DNA of 24,000 nt from Bacteroidota bacterium (GTDB lineage: Bacteria; Bacteroidota; Bacteroidia; B-17B0; Aurantibacillaceae). The stretch spans positions 58,596 to 82,595 of the forward strand of contig JADJDM010000009.1 of the NCBI GenBank assembly GCA_016702705.1. Direction: 5' to 3'. How positions within the stretch are numbered: position 1 is the stretch's first letter; every line of letters begins with the position of its first letter. Made by a program: the position numbers and the translations under genes. Shown here in pieces: positions 1-9,542 of this stretch. A model generated the notes under the pieces. That model was given only the letters and a program-made list of their open reading frames with translations, did not search any database and was not told the origin of the DNA.

Positions 1-2457
1 ATCTAAAACTAACTCCTCCTAATACATTCGTTCCCGCTTGAGGATAATAATGATTATATGTGTATTGCTGTCCACCATAAATCCAGCCATAGGTATAGCC
101 GTTAGAGCTGTATAGTTTATTAAATACATTGTTTACACTAACAGTAAAACGAATTTCTTTTATTGATTTTAATTTGAGTGTATATCCTAAACGTATATCA
201 GCAACATAGTAAGGGTCTAGTTTTCTTTTTTCGTTAGATGTGTTGTCTAAATATTGTTTACCAACATATTTGTTAATCATTGTAATATCAAAGTTTTTGC
301 AAGGAGTGAAAATTAAACTTACCGATGAAATTACATTTGGAGAGTAGGCAATATCAGTATTTGCGTAAACAATTGTATCCGCCAAATCATCAGTATCATA
401 ATTAGCTACGATTTCGTTAAAGTTTTTAATTTTATTTTGACTCAATGTTATGTTTCCATTTACGCTAAAATATTTTGATGCTTTGTAGCCAGCTTCTAGC
501 TCAATACCCATGCGGTAACTTTTATCTACATTCATTCTTCTCGAACCTCCAACATCATTTAGTTCTCCTGTAAGTACTAATTGATTTTTGTAGAACATTC
601 CGTATAAGTTAACTCCGTAGGCAAAATTCTTGAAGTTTTGATTGATGCCCATTTCAAAGTCATTCAATTGCTCAGCTTTTGGTTGACTTTTAAATTTATT
701 TTCAGTAAAATCTCCTCTGCTAGGCTCACGATTACCACGACTGTATGAAGCGTATATTTTTGCATTATCTGCTGGGTTATAAATTAAGCCTGCTTTAGGG
801 TTTATGAAATTAAATATTGCTGTTTGTGTTGAGTCACTTTTGTTGTTATCAATACCAACAAAATTATATTTTACATAACGGTGTTGAATATCAGCAAATA
901 AATTAAATCTCTTGGTTACTTCGTAATTTAATTTTAGGTAATTGTTTACATCTAATTTAAATCCTGTGTCATTATAATAACGGTGATTTATTTCGCTGTT
1001 ACTTGCATAACGCGACCAAATTACTTCACCATAATGTTGACCAACATAATTGTTTACCCCGCCGCCAATTGTCATTTGCAACTTGTTTATTGGTTTTGCA
1101 ATTAATGAATAAACTACACCATAAAAATCATTGTTTAACCATTTTCTTCTGATAAGGTCGCTGCTTGTAATAGTATCAGCTCCAACAACTACATCATTCA
1201 TGTTGTAGTCAGAAAGTGATTGATTATATTTATACTCTTCATAATAACCTTTTCCTTTCGTGTAATGAGCAGCAATATTTAGTGTGTACTTTTTGTTGAA
1301 CTCATGTATTAAATGTAATTGATAATTATCTTGCTTATAATTATCAGTTTGGTTTTTGTATCTATAGATATTATAAGTTCTATTGTCTGCAGTTTTAATG
1401 TTCATGGTGTCTTCAGGGGTAACGTATCCTAAATTATTGTATAAATAATTAAACAAACTATCTTTCGGTTCTCCATTTAATTTTGTTTCAGGGATACCAT
1501 TCCAAGCTTGGTAAGTTTGTTCATTACCTGAGAAAGCAACCCCTTTAATGGTTGTTTTTTTTCCGTAATAACCACCTGATACAAACCAAGAATATAATTT
1601 TGAAAAACCTCTATCTATAAAACCATCACTCGAAATACTTGAAGCTCTTGCATCAATTGCCCATGCTCGTTCATTAAACCTGTTCCAGCATTTAGTGTAG
1701 TTCGCAAAGTGTTAAACGAGCCGCCGCTATTAATTATTTCTGCATATGCTTTTGTATTTAATGTATTTGTTTGCACATTAATACTTCCTCCAAATGCTCC
1801 AGCACCGTTGGTTGAGCTACCAACACCTCTTTGTATTTGAATACTATTTGTACTCGATGCTAGATCCGGAAAATCAACCCAATAGGTTCCTTGGCTTTCT
1901 GCATCGTTGGTTGGAATACCATTTACAGTAACATTAATTCTACTTGCATCGCTGCCTCTAATGCGTAAACCTGTATATCCAATTCCTGTTCCTGCATCTG
2001 AGGTGCTTACTACAGAAGTTTGATTTCCTAATAAGTAAGGAACATCTTGGCCAAGATTTTGTTTTTGGATGTCTTCCTTATTCATGGTAGAATAAGCAAA
2101 TCCTGAATTGTTTGTTCGTGTTGATTGAACAATAACTTCATCAATTACAATTTGTGATTGTTTAAGTGTAATGTTTTTTTCTATACTTGCCCCGCTTAAA
2201 ATAACTGTGTCGATTTGTTTTTCGTAGCCTAAATAAAAACACTCAATCACATAAGTTCCGTCTTTTAAATTTTTAAGTAAATAGCTTCCATCACTTTTAC
2301 TGGATGTTGAAAGTAAAGTATTTTTAATACTTACAGCGGCATAAGAAATCTCTTCTCCTTTTTCATTTGTTACTTTACCTGTAATGTTGTTTTGCGAATT
2401 AATTCCACTAACGGCTGCAAAACATAGCGCCATTAAAACGATAATACGTTTTTTCAT
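1..2457 (-). CDS. TonB-dependent outer-membrane receptor (carboxypeptidase-like N-terminal domain, plug and barrel), probably for thiamine or a precursor. Truncated by the left window edge and interrupted by a frameshift at about 1671..1680
   Basis: ORF 1615..2457 starts MKKRIIVLMALCFAAVSGINSQNNITGKVTNEKGEEISYAAVSIK and has plug motifs (GIRGSDASRINVTVNGIPTNDAESQGTYWVDFPDLASS). Another minus frame continues the homology: FNERAWAIDARASSISSDGFIDRGFSKLYSWFVSGGYYG down to the barrel end LYSSNGYTYGWIYGGQQYTYN..HYYPQAGTNVLGGVSFR at position 1. A TPP riboswitch lies immediately upstream. Confidence 0.9.
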
Positions 2458-2520
2458 TTCTTTTTTCTTTTTACATTAATAAATAAAACAAAAGCAGGGA
2501 TCGCAATTGTTTGATATTTA

Positions 2521-2692
2521 TTTCCCTACGCAGGCATTACCCTGATCAGGTCCGTAATACAATATGATTGGCATATGATATTACTGGGTATAATCTCAGC
2601 CTAATCATTTTAGATGTTAGATATAAGATTTTTGATTTAATACTAAATCTAAAATCTGAAATCTTCCATCTGAAATGCAAAGCACCCCTTAA
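2521..2692 (-). promoter_or_regulatory. TPP (thiamine pyrophosphate) riboswitch, THI element
   Basis: The minus strand reads AAGGGGTGCTTTGC ... GGCTGAGATTATACCC ... GGACCTGATCAGGGTAATGCCTGCGTAGGGAAA. This matches the conserved thi-box parts (GGGGUGC, CUGAGA..ACCC, ACCUGAUC.GG.UAAUGCC.GCGUAGGGAA) in the right order, about 65 nt upstream of the receptor start. Confidence 0.95.
2607..2676 (-). repeat. 33-nt imperfect inverted repeat with 4-nt loop forming the extended P3 arm of the TPP riboswitch
   Basis: Left arm ATTTTAGATGTTAGATATAAGATTTTTGATTTA (2607..2639). Reverse complement of the right arm (2644..2676) is ATTTCAGATGGAAGATTTCAGATTTTAGATTTA, about 27/33 identical. Loop is ATAC. Confidence 0.75.
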
Positions 2693-2716
2693 GACGTGGC
2701 AAATGTATAAAAATAT

Positions 2717-2923
2717 TTAGATTTTACGCCAAGAAATTATTGGGTAATGGTAACTATCGTTGCGGGTGAATTCCCATTTTTTGTTGCACAACAGACATTT
2801 TAATACGGTTTTTTCTTCGTAATCTTCATCAACAGAAGAAATTACTTCCAGCACCTTTTCTTTAACCAAGTCGTAGTGAAGGTCTTTTTTAGCTGCTGCT
2901 ACTGTGCATTTGCAATCTGCCAT
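2717..2923 (-). CDS. small cysteine-rich hypothetical protein (possible zinc-binding CLLC motif)
   Basis: The likely start is the internal Met (MADCKCTVAAAKKDLHYDLVKEKVLEVISSVDEDYEEKTVLKCLLCNKKWEFTRNDSYHYPIISWRKI). The longer ORF start at 3067 would overlap the divergent dehydrogenase gene. Confidence 0.6.
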   Translation of the reverse strand: MADCKCTVAAAKKDLHYDLVKEKVLEVISSVDEDYEEKTVLKCLLCNKKWEFTRNDSYHYPIISWRKI

Positions 2924-3002
2924 GTTGAGGTTTTTGTTTTTCAAATTTAAGCATAAATCACTACATTTGAAGTCTAAATTTGCAATTATGATTACTGCTG
3001 AA

Positions 3003-4985
3003 ATGCCTGTTAAATTCGAAAGAAAAAAACATAAAGATGAAACTTTATTACAGTTATATAGAAACATATTAAAGCCTCGTATGATTGAAGAAAAGATGTT
3101 AATCTTACTTCGTCAAGGAAAAATTTCGAAATGGTTTTCGGGTATTGGACAAGAAGCAATTTCCGTTGGTGTTGCAACTGCAATGGATAAAGAAGAATTT
3201 ATCTTACCAATGCATCGTAACCTTGGAGTTTTCACAACTCGTGGAATTCCTCTTAATCGTTTGTTCTCTCAGTTCACTGGTAAGCCAGGCGGATTTACAA
3301 AAGGACGTGATCGCTCATTTCATTTTGGAACACAAGAATATAAAATTGTTGGTATGATTTCTCATCTTGGTCCGCAAATGGGTGTGGCAGATGGAATTAG
3401 CTTAGCAAATAAATTAAAAGGAGCAAAATTAGCAACGGCAGTTTTCACGGGCGATGGGGCAACTAGCGAAGGTGATTTTCATGAAAGTATGAACGTTGCT
3501 GCTGTGTGGGATTTACCAGTAATTTTTGTAATTGAAAATAATGGTTACGGACTTTCAACACCAAGTGCAGAGCAATTTAAGTGCAAACAATTTATTGATA
3601 AGGCTATTGGTTACGGAATTGAAGGATTTCAAGTTGATGGAAATAATGTATTAAAAGTATTTGAAGCAGTTAAACGTATTACAGAAGAAATAAGAGAAAG
3701 ACCTCGCCCTGTTTTATTAGAGTGTATGACTTTCCGTATGCGTGGACACGAAGAGGCATCAGGGACAAAATATATTCCTAAAGAATTATTTGAGCAATGG
3801 GGTAAAAAAGATCCAGTTCAAAATTTCGAAAAATGGTTGTTAGATGAAGGTGTGTTGACAGAAGAAATTATCGAAAACATACGTGCTGAATACAAAAAGG
3901 AAATTGAAGATGGTTTAGAAATTACATTTAATGAAACTATCCCAACTCCTGATACAGCATTGGAATTGCGCGATATGTACAAACCATTTGTTAATCCAAA
4001 TATTCAACCAAGTGGAAATAAAACTAACAAACGTTTTATTGATGCCTTATCGGATGGTATGCGCCAAGCAATGCAAAAGCATTCGAATTTGGTGTTGATG
4101 GGACAAGATATTGCAGAGTACGGTGGGGCATTTAAAATTACGGATGGTTTTGTCGCTGAGTTTGGTAAGGCAAGAGTGCGTAATACTCCATTGTGCGAAT
4201 CAGCAATTTTAGGAACAGGTTTTGGTTTAAGTATTAACGGACACAAAGCGATGGTAGAAATGCAGTTCGCTGATTTCGTTTCGGAAGGTATTACACAAAT
4301 TGTAAATAATTTAGCTAAATCGCATTACCGTTGGGGACAACATGCAGATGTAGTTGTGCGTATGCCTACAGGTGCAGGTGTTGCAGCTGGACCATTCCAT
4401 TCACAAAGTAACGAAGCTTGGTTTTTTAAAACACCAGGATTAAAAATTGCTTATCCAGCTTTTCCATCTGATGCAAAAGGATTATTGTTAAGTGCCTTTG
4501 AAGATCCAAATCCTGTTATGTTTTTTGAGCATAAAGGTTTGTATAGAAGTATTACAGAAGATATCTCTGACGATTATTATACTATTCCTTTTGGACAAGC
4601 ACGCCTTGTAAAAGAAGGAACTCAAGTTTCTATTATAACTTACGGAATGGGTGTGCATTGGGCAATTGAGTTGTTAGAAAAACATCCAGAAATTTCTGCA
4701 GACTTAGTTGACTTAAGAACATTAGCACCATTGGATGTAGAAACAATTCATGCTTCTGTCAAGAAAACTGGTAGAGCATTTATTTTGCATGAAGATACCA
4801 TCACTGGTGGAATAGGAGGAGAGTTAAGCGCATTGATTTCTGAACATTGTTTTGAATACTTGGATGCACCTGTTGCACGTGAAGGAAGTTTAGATACTCC
4901 AGTTCCAATGAATGCAGATTTAGAAATTAATTTTTTGCCAAAGGAAAGGTTTGCAAAAAAACTAATTGATTTAATTAACTACTAA
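3003..4985 (+). CDS. 2-oxoacid (branched-chain/2-oxoisovalerate-type) dehydrogenase E1 component, fused alpha and beta subunits
   Basis: TPP-binding E1-alpha motifs (GDGATSEGDFHESMNVAAVWDLPVIFVIENNGYGLSTP) are followed by an E1-beta domain (LMGQDIAEYGGAFKITDGF.. FADFVSEGITQIVNNLAKSHYRWGQ.. GMGVHWAIELLE). The ORF opens at 2904. Plausible starts are Met at 2988 or 3003. Confidence 0.93.
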   Translation: MPVKFERKKHKDETLLQLYRNILKPRMIEEKMLILLRQGKISKWFSGIGQEAISVGVATAMDKEEFILPMHRNLGVFTTRGIPLNRLFSQFTGKPGGFTKGRDRSFHFGTQEYKIVGMISHLGPQMGVADGISLANKLKGAKLATAVFTGDGATSEGDFHESMNVAAVWDLPVIFVIENNGYGLSTPSAEQFKCKQFIDKAIGYGIEGFQVDGNNVLKVFEAVKRITEEIRERPRPVLLECMTFRMRGHEEASGTKYIPKELFEQWGKKDPVQNFEKWLLDEGVLTEEIIENIRAEYKKEIEDGLEITFNETIPTPDTALELRDMYKPFVNPNIQPSGNKTNKRFIDALSDGMRQAMQKHSNLVLMGQDIAEYGGAFKITDGFVAEFGKARVRNTPLCESAILGTGFGLSINGHKAMVEMQFADFVSEGITQIVNNLAKSHYRWGQHADVVVRMPTGAGVAAGPFHSQSNEAWFFKTPGLKIAYPAFPSDAKGLLLSAFEDPNPVMFFEHKGLYRSITEDISDDYYTIPFGQARLVKEGTQVSIITYGMGVHWAIELLEKHPEISADLVDLRTLAPLDVETIHASVKKTGRAFILHEDTITGGIGGELSALISEHCFEYLDAPVAREGSLDTPVPMNADLEINFLPKERFAKKLIDLINY

Positions 4986-4996
4986 AAATAAAAGAG

Positions 4997-5260
4997 ATGA
5001 AATATATTTTAATCTTAGTAAGTGCTATTCTTCTATTTGCGGCATGTTCTGCAAACATTTCGGAGGTTAAACCTGGTATGACAACTGCTGAAGTTGAAAA
5101 AATATTGGGAAAAGCAAATCAAACTAGTTCTTCTTCAAGTAGTAGCTCAATTAATGATAGTACAGTTACTGAAGTAAGTTCAGCCGAATGGAAATACAAT
5201 GATAAGGGGACAGTTAACTTTGAAAATGACAAGGTTGTAAGCATAGTTCCTGGGAAATAA
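4997..5260 (+). CDS. small lipoprotein with BamE/SmpA/OmlA-like motif
   Basis: Lipobox signal peptide MKYILILVSAILLFAAC, then the VKPGMTTAEVEKILGKA motif typical of SmpA/OmlA domains. Contains a nine-residue serine run. Confidence 0.7.
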   Translation: MKYILILVSAILLFAACSANISEVKPGMTTAEVEKILGKANQTSSSSSSSSINDSTVTEVSSAEWKYNDKGTVNFENDKVVSIVPGK

Positions 5261-5409
5261 TTCATTTATTTTTACCACTTATGGATTGATTTATCGTTTA
5301 AACTAATTAAACCCTGCCGTTTAATAAAAAAGTGTTGCGCGAATAAGTATTTCCTTTACTTTCGCTCTCGGATTCGATAATTACCCTAATCAAACCGATA
5401 AGAACAAAA

Positions 5410-5949
5410 ATGTACTCGATAGAAACGCCACCAATCAAATCTGGGAACACGTATTTTTTTAATACGGATTCAGGTATGAGGTACGAAGTAAGGTTTGGCA
5501 GAAAAAAAGAGAATGCATTATGTGCAACATTGGTATTTGGAGTTGTCAATTGCGATGATGCTGATGAGTATAGCTTAACCAACAGAGGTGAAGTTTGGCA
5601 AGTAATGAATACGATTGTTGAAATTGGTAGAGTATTTATGAGCGAGCACCCAGCAATTTGTTACTACGAAATTTATGCTTTAGAGAAAGAAGATGAAAGT
5701 GAATTCGAAACAAGTTCAAGAATGAATTTGTATTTCAGATTTATTCCACGTCTTTTTAATGATAATTGGAAATTGTTTGTTCTTAATAATAAAGCAATCG
5801 TTCTTAAGAAGGATGTCGAGCATTTGTATGCTTCTGTAATAGCAGATGAATTAAGTCCTAAAGAAACTATAAGTAAAGAAGAAAAGGAAGTAAGTCCGTT
5901 TAGCCTTAATAGATTACTTTCTTTTATTGATAGAAGAAGAATGAATTAA
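5410..5949 (+). CDS. hypothetical protein (179 aa)
   Basis: Intact ORF with ordinary amino-acid composition, followed by a terminator-like hairpin. No recognised family. Confidence 0.65.
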   Translation: MYSIETPPIKSGNTYFFNTDSGMRYEVRFGRKKENALCATLVFGVVNCDDADEYSLTNRGEVWQVMNTIVEIGRVFMSEHPAICYYEIYALEKEDESEFETSSRMNLYFRFIPRLFNDNWKLFVLNNKAIVLKKDVEHLYASVIADELSPKETISKEEKEVSPFSLNRLLSFIDRRRMN

Positions 5950-5974
5950 TTTTCAAAAGAGGTTTAGTTAAAAG

Positions 5975-6021
5975 CAAAAAAGTCCCGCTATCTTGAACTT
6001 GTCAAGGGCGGGACTTTTTTA
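5975..6021. terminator. bidirectional rho-independent-like terminator between convergent genes
   Basis: AAAAAAGTCCCGC ... GCGGGACTTTTTT: a perfect GTCCCGC/GCGGGAC stem with A/T tracts on both sides, located between the + gene ending at 5949 and the - gene ending at 6038. Confidence 0.85.
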
Positions 6022-6037
6022 TTAATTAGTTTTTTGA

Positions 6038-7975
6038 TTAGATCACATCACCTTTTTTGTCATCCTTTTTAGCAGTTTTACTGTTTTCTTCAATTGTTTT
6101 CTTTGTCATATCATCCATTAATTTTAAACCAAGTAAACCGCTAATTGGTCCGTTTGGTCCGCCATCTCCAGAGATTAACACATCAGGGATAACTTTGATT
6201 TTATCCTTACCAATTGCTTCCGTAATTTTTAACCGTGTAAAGTTATCGCCACCCATTGCAGTTACCGCAAGGTTATATGATTCTGCATTTGATTTACCAA
6301 TTGCTAAAATCTTCTCTGCTTCTGCTTTACCTGTTACACTAATTTGTTCAGCATTTGCATTAGCTAAAGCTTTAATTTTTTCTGCTTCAGCGTTTGCAGT
6401 TACTTTTGTTTTTTCTGCATCTGCACTTGCAATTACTTTTAACCTGTCAGCTTCTGCATTCGAAGAAATTTTTACACTTTGCGCTTCACCCGTTGCTTTC
6501 TTAACCGCAGCATCTGCAATACGTTCAGAGATTAATACACCTTGATCTGCTTTCACAATTTCTTTTTGCATATCAGCTACCGCAGTTTCTTTTTCTAATG
6601 CCTGACGTGTAACCTCTGCTCTTTTTTGTGTTTCAAAAGTGGTGTTTTGCTCCTCCGCAATTTTACGATCAGTTAATGTTTTCATTAAACTTTCTGGCGG
6701 AACAATATCTCCAATTAAAGTATCTACACCATTTACATTGTATTGATCTAATACTTCACTTATACGTTTTTTCGCTGCGTCTTGTCTTTCCTTACGTGAA
6801 CTTAAGAACGCAATTACATCACTGTCTTGCGCTGAGTTACGGAAGTAGTTACCAATGGTTGGTTCTAATACTTGTCCAACTAAGTTCATCATACTACCAA
6901 AACGTGCAATTACTTTTGGAGCTTCCGTTGTAGGAATGTGAATGATTTGCGATACATCTAAATTAAAAGGGAAACCATCTTTTGAACGCACAGTAATAGT
7001 AGATAAATTTTTATCTAATTGATGTGATTCACTTCTTGCATTTGCCCAGTTTAAAACTAAGTTAGTTGTTGGCACTAATTCAACACGCATAATAAAAGTA
7101 TTGATCGGGTATTTACCTGGCCCTAAAGGCTCAGCCCACACACCTTTTTCACCTTTACTTACAATATTACCATGTTTAAATTCTGCCCCGCTTAAATCTT
7201 TACCATCTTGTCCAACATACGAAATAACAACACCAACATAACCAATTGGAATCTCTGTCATTTTAATTTGCTCTACTTGGATAAACCAAGGATTTAAATA
7301 ATATGAACCCGCTAAAATAATTTCGGGTTGTAAACCTTTGTTACCTCCATTAGCTAAGAAAGCGTCGCAATCTTGGAAATTGTTATGACCTTTAGTTGGT
7401 TTACCTGCAATATTTCCTTCATCAATTGGTAAACCATCCATTGTTGTTACTACACCAACCATGTTTTCGGTAATGTGTGTCATATCATACGTCATGATAT
7501 CAAACAAAAACGTATTGATACGATATGTACCCGCAGTAATAATTGCCGACTGACGTCCTTTACGTCCACCATGATTAAAAAAGGCAGCAGCATCTTGAAA
7601 AGAATCACACTCCACTTTACGAGCTAATATAAATCCTGTTTCTAATTCTGCACCATCTTTCGCCACTAATAAACCAATTTTACCTTCAGGGATAACAGTA
7701 AAACTTTGTTGTTTAATTTCAAATTGCCACACCCAGTACCAAAAGTAAATTCCTGGTGCTAAGCTTTGCGCTTGAAAACCTGCTTCACCATTTACTGCAA
7801 TAATTCTACCTGCAGGTAATTCTTTGTTGGCTCCAAATAAAACAAATTTCTTCGTTACAAGTCCAATCTTGTCTTCAGGGATAATAATAATTCCGAACAG
7901 TCGGAAAATAAGTTTGTAAAAAATTAAACAAACGATTGGGATGAGTACCCACCAATACTTTAATAAAGCTTCCAT
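6038..7975 (-). CDS. SPFH/Band 7 (flotillin-like) membrane-associated protein
   Basis: N-terminal hydrophobic segment, an SPFH-like domain (TVRSKDGFPFNLDVSQIIHIPTTEAPKVIARFGSM) and an Ala/Glu/Lys-rich coiled region (AEAEKIKALANANAEQISVTGKAEAEKILAIGKSNAES). Confidence 0.88.
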   Translation of the reverse strand: MEALLKYWWVLIPIVCLIFYKLIFRLFGIIIIPEDKIGLVTKKFVLFGANKELPAGRIIAVNGEAGFQAQSLAPGIYFWYWVWQFEIKQQSFTVIPEGKIGLLVAKDGAELETGFILARKVECDSFQDAAAFFNHGGRKGRQSAIITAGTYRINTFLFDIMTYDMTHITENMVGVVTTMDGLPIDEGNIAGKPTKGHNNFQDCDAFLANGGNKGLQPEIILAGSYYLNPWFIQVEQIKMTEIPIGYVGVVISYVGQDGKDLSGAEFKHGNIVSKGEKGVWAEPLGPGKYPINTFIMRVELVPTTNLVLNWANARSESHQLDKNLSTITVRSKDGFPFNLDVSQIIHIPTTEAPKVIARFGSMMNLVGQVLEPTIGNYFRNSAQDSDVIAFLSSRKERQDAAKKRISEVLDQYNVNGVDTLIGDIVPPESLMKTLTDRKIAEEQNTTFETQKRAEVTRQALEKETAVADMQKEIVKADQGVLISERIADAAVKKATGEAQSVKISSNAEADRLKVIASADAEKTKVTANAEAEKIKALANANAEQISVTGKAEAEKILAIGKSNAESYNLAVTAMGGDNFTRLKITEAIGKDKIKVIPDVLISGDGGPNGPISGLLGLKLMDDMTKKTIEENSKTAKKDDKKGDVI

Positions 7976-8090
7976 AATAGTATATAAATTTAGTAGAGTA
8001 AATGTACGTGGTCTTGAAATCGCTTTTAAGATTTTATACCGAATAATTTATGAACCGAGAAACGGCTTTATGAACAAAGAAGAAGATTTT

Positions 8091-8714
8091 CTAAGCGTCG
8101 ATTTCACTTACTTTAACAAGAACAAATTTGCAGTTTTCATTACTTGTAATATTAATTTTGTCGCCAACTGTTTTGTTTTCGAAGAGTAGAAAATCTTTTT
8201 GATTTAGTAATTGGTCGTTTGCTATTAAGCTACCTTCGAGCAAATATAAACCTATGAATTTACTTTCGTTGTATAAGTATGATTTGTTAGCGTCTGCAGA
8301 TAGTGTATCAATAGAAAGACTTCCATTCCAGCCGACTTTCATCATTAAATTAAAATCAACCACTTTACCTTTTGCTTTTGTTTCCCATTCTCCATGAAAC
8401 TCATCACATTGGTATTGTTGTAAAATTTTGTTGTGTTGGTTTTTGTGTTCGATAAAAAGTTCGCCTTGCAATATCATCAGTATGCGCTTGTATCCGGGTA
8501 GTTGAGTGAAATTGCTTTCTTCAACTTCAACGGTTGCAGTACTTATTCTGAAATCAAAATTTCGTTCGCTGTATTCAGCTTCTTCAGGATAAATAAATAA
8601 CTCTGTTGTAGTGCCGCCACTCCAGGTACTTATTTTTTGTTGAGCGTAAGAAGTTAATTGCAAGGTTAATTTATTTTTATTTAAAGATAGATTATTTCTC
8701 TTTATCTGCACCAA
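8091..8714 (-). CDS. HutD/Ves family cupin-like protein
   Basis: Family-typical segments: QKISTWSGGTTTELFIYP, FDFRISTATVEVEESNFTQLPGYKRILMILQGEL. Confidence 0.8.
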   Translation of the reverse strand: MVQIKRNNLSLNKNKLTLQLTSYAQQKISTWSGGTTTELFIYPEEAEYSERNFDFRISTATVEVEESNFTQLPGYKRILMILQGELFIEHKNQHNKILQQYQCDEFHGEWETKAKGKVVDFNLMMKVGWNGSLSIDTLSADANKSYLYNESKFIGLYLLEGSLIANDQLLNQKDFLLFENKTVGDKINITSNENCKFVLVKVSEIDA

Positions 8715-9363
8715 ACTTTGTTGGAAATCTTTGCATTTCGGTTATAGAGTCGGTAAGTGTTATTTGTGTAATGGTAGTGTCACTTAGTCCGCAATAAAAT
8801 TTAATTTCAAGTCCTTTGTTTGGGTAGAAAAATTTGTAATCTGTTTCGCGCGGGGTGTGAAAGAAATTATCGTGCAGCCCAACTTTTTTCTCTACCATAC
8901 TTGGTGTATCGGTATATTTTAAGTTATAGGGTAGCGGTTTTTTGTAATCCTCTGGATAAATAACAATGGATTCGGTTTTAAAACTAGAAGTATATTCATC
9001 ATATGTTTTTTGTAATTCACTTCTTTCTATGTTCATGCCAGCACCTCGCACGCAAATATACATAGAGCCAAACTCATAGTTTAGGTAAGCTGCTGTTGTT
9101 GGGTATGGATAATATTCATCCATAGATGTTGTAAATTTAAAATCACCTAATTGTTTAATTACATTTTTCATGCTATCACTAGCAAGGGGCAAACCAATTA
9201 AACTATATAAATTATCTCCATCAATATTTACTGCAAATGCTTTTGAAGGTTCTCCAATGTTGAGTGGCATACTAAGCTTATCTTTCTTGCCGCTAAAAAA
9301 GCAGGAGGATAGAAGGAGAGTTCCTCCAATAAATAGAATAAAAGGGATTGTGTTTAATCTCAT
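8692..9363 (-). CDS. hypothetical lipoprotein
   Basis: Lipoprotein-like signal MRLNTIPFILFIGGTLLLSSCFFSG. Intact ORF overlapping the start of the HutD-like gene by 23 bp. Confidence 0.75.
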   Translation of the reverse strand: MRLNTIPFILFIGGTLLLSSCFFSGKKDKLSMPLNIGEPSKAFAVNIDGDNLYSLIGLPLASDSMKNVIKQLGDFKFTTSMDEYYPYPTTAAYLNYEFGSMYICVRGAGMNIERSELQKTYDEYTSSFKTESIVIYPEDYKKPLPYNLKYTDTPSMVEKKVGLHDNFFHTPRETDYKFFYPNKGLEIKFYCGLSDTTITQITLTDSITEMQRFPTKFGADKEK

Positions 9364-9520
9364 CTGTTTTCTTAACTTTTTTGATTACAAAAGGAAATTT
9401 AAAGATAATATAATTTACAAAATGAATATTGATTTTATTTATTTCTAACTTCTTGAATAAACAAAACATTGGCTCCATCGGAGCCTCCTATTTCTATACT
9501 ACATCAATACTAATGCAGTC

Positions 9521-9542
9521 AAGCCCCAGCGGGGCGACCTGT
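9521..9542 (+). repeat. left copy of perfect 22-bp inverted repeat flanking the Y1 transposase
   Basis: AAGCCCCAGCGGGGCGACCTGT. Internal palindrome GCCCC-AGC-GGGGC. Confidence 0.9.

Noticed and set aside
3145-4246. ORFs 3145..3357 and 4004..4246 inside the dehydrogenase E1 region
   Set aside because: Out-of-frame or antisense to a strongly supported gene. The translations show no family features.
5307-5582. 91-aa minus-strand ORF overlapping the start of the 5410..5949 gene
   Set aside because: No recognisable features and mostly antisense to the more plausible plus-strand ORF.
6057-6933. Plus-strand ORFs 6057..6545 and 6628..6933
   Set aside because: Antisense to the SPFH-domain gene. Their Ala/Ser-rich and hydrophobic composition is what an antisense reading of the AEAEK coiled region would give.
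8091-8714. A histidine-utilisation (hut) operon based on the HutD-like protein
   Set aside because: No hutH/U/I/G genes are visible in the window. The neighbour is an unrelated hypothetical lipoprotein.
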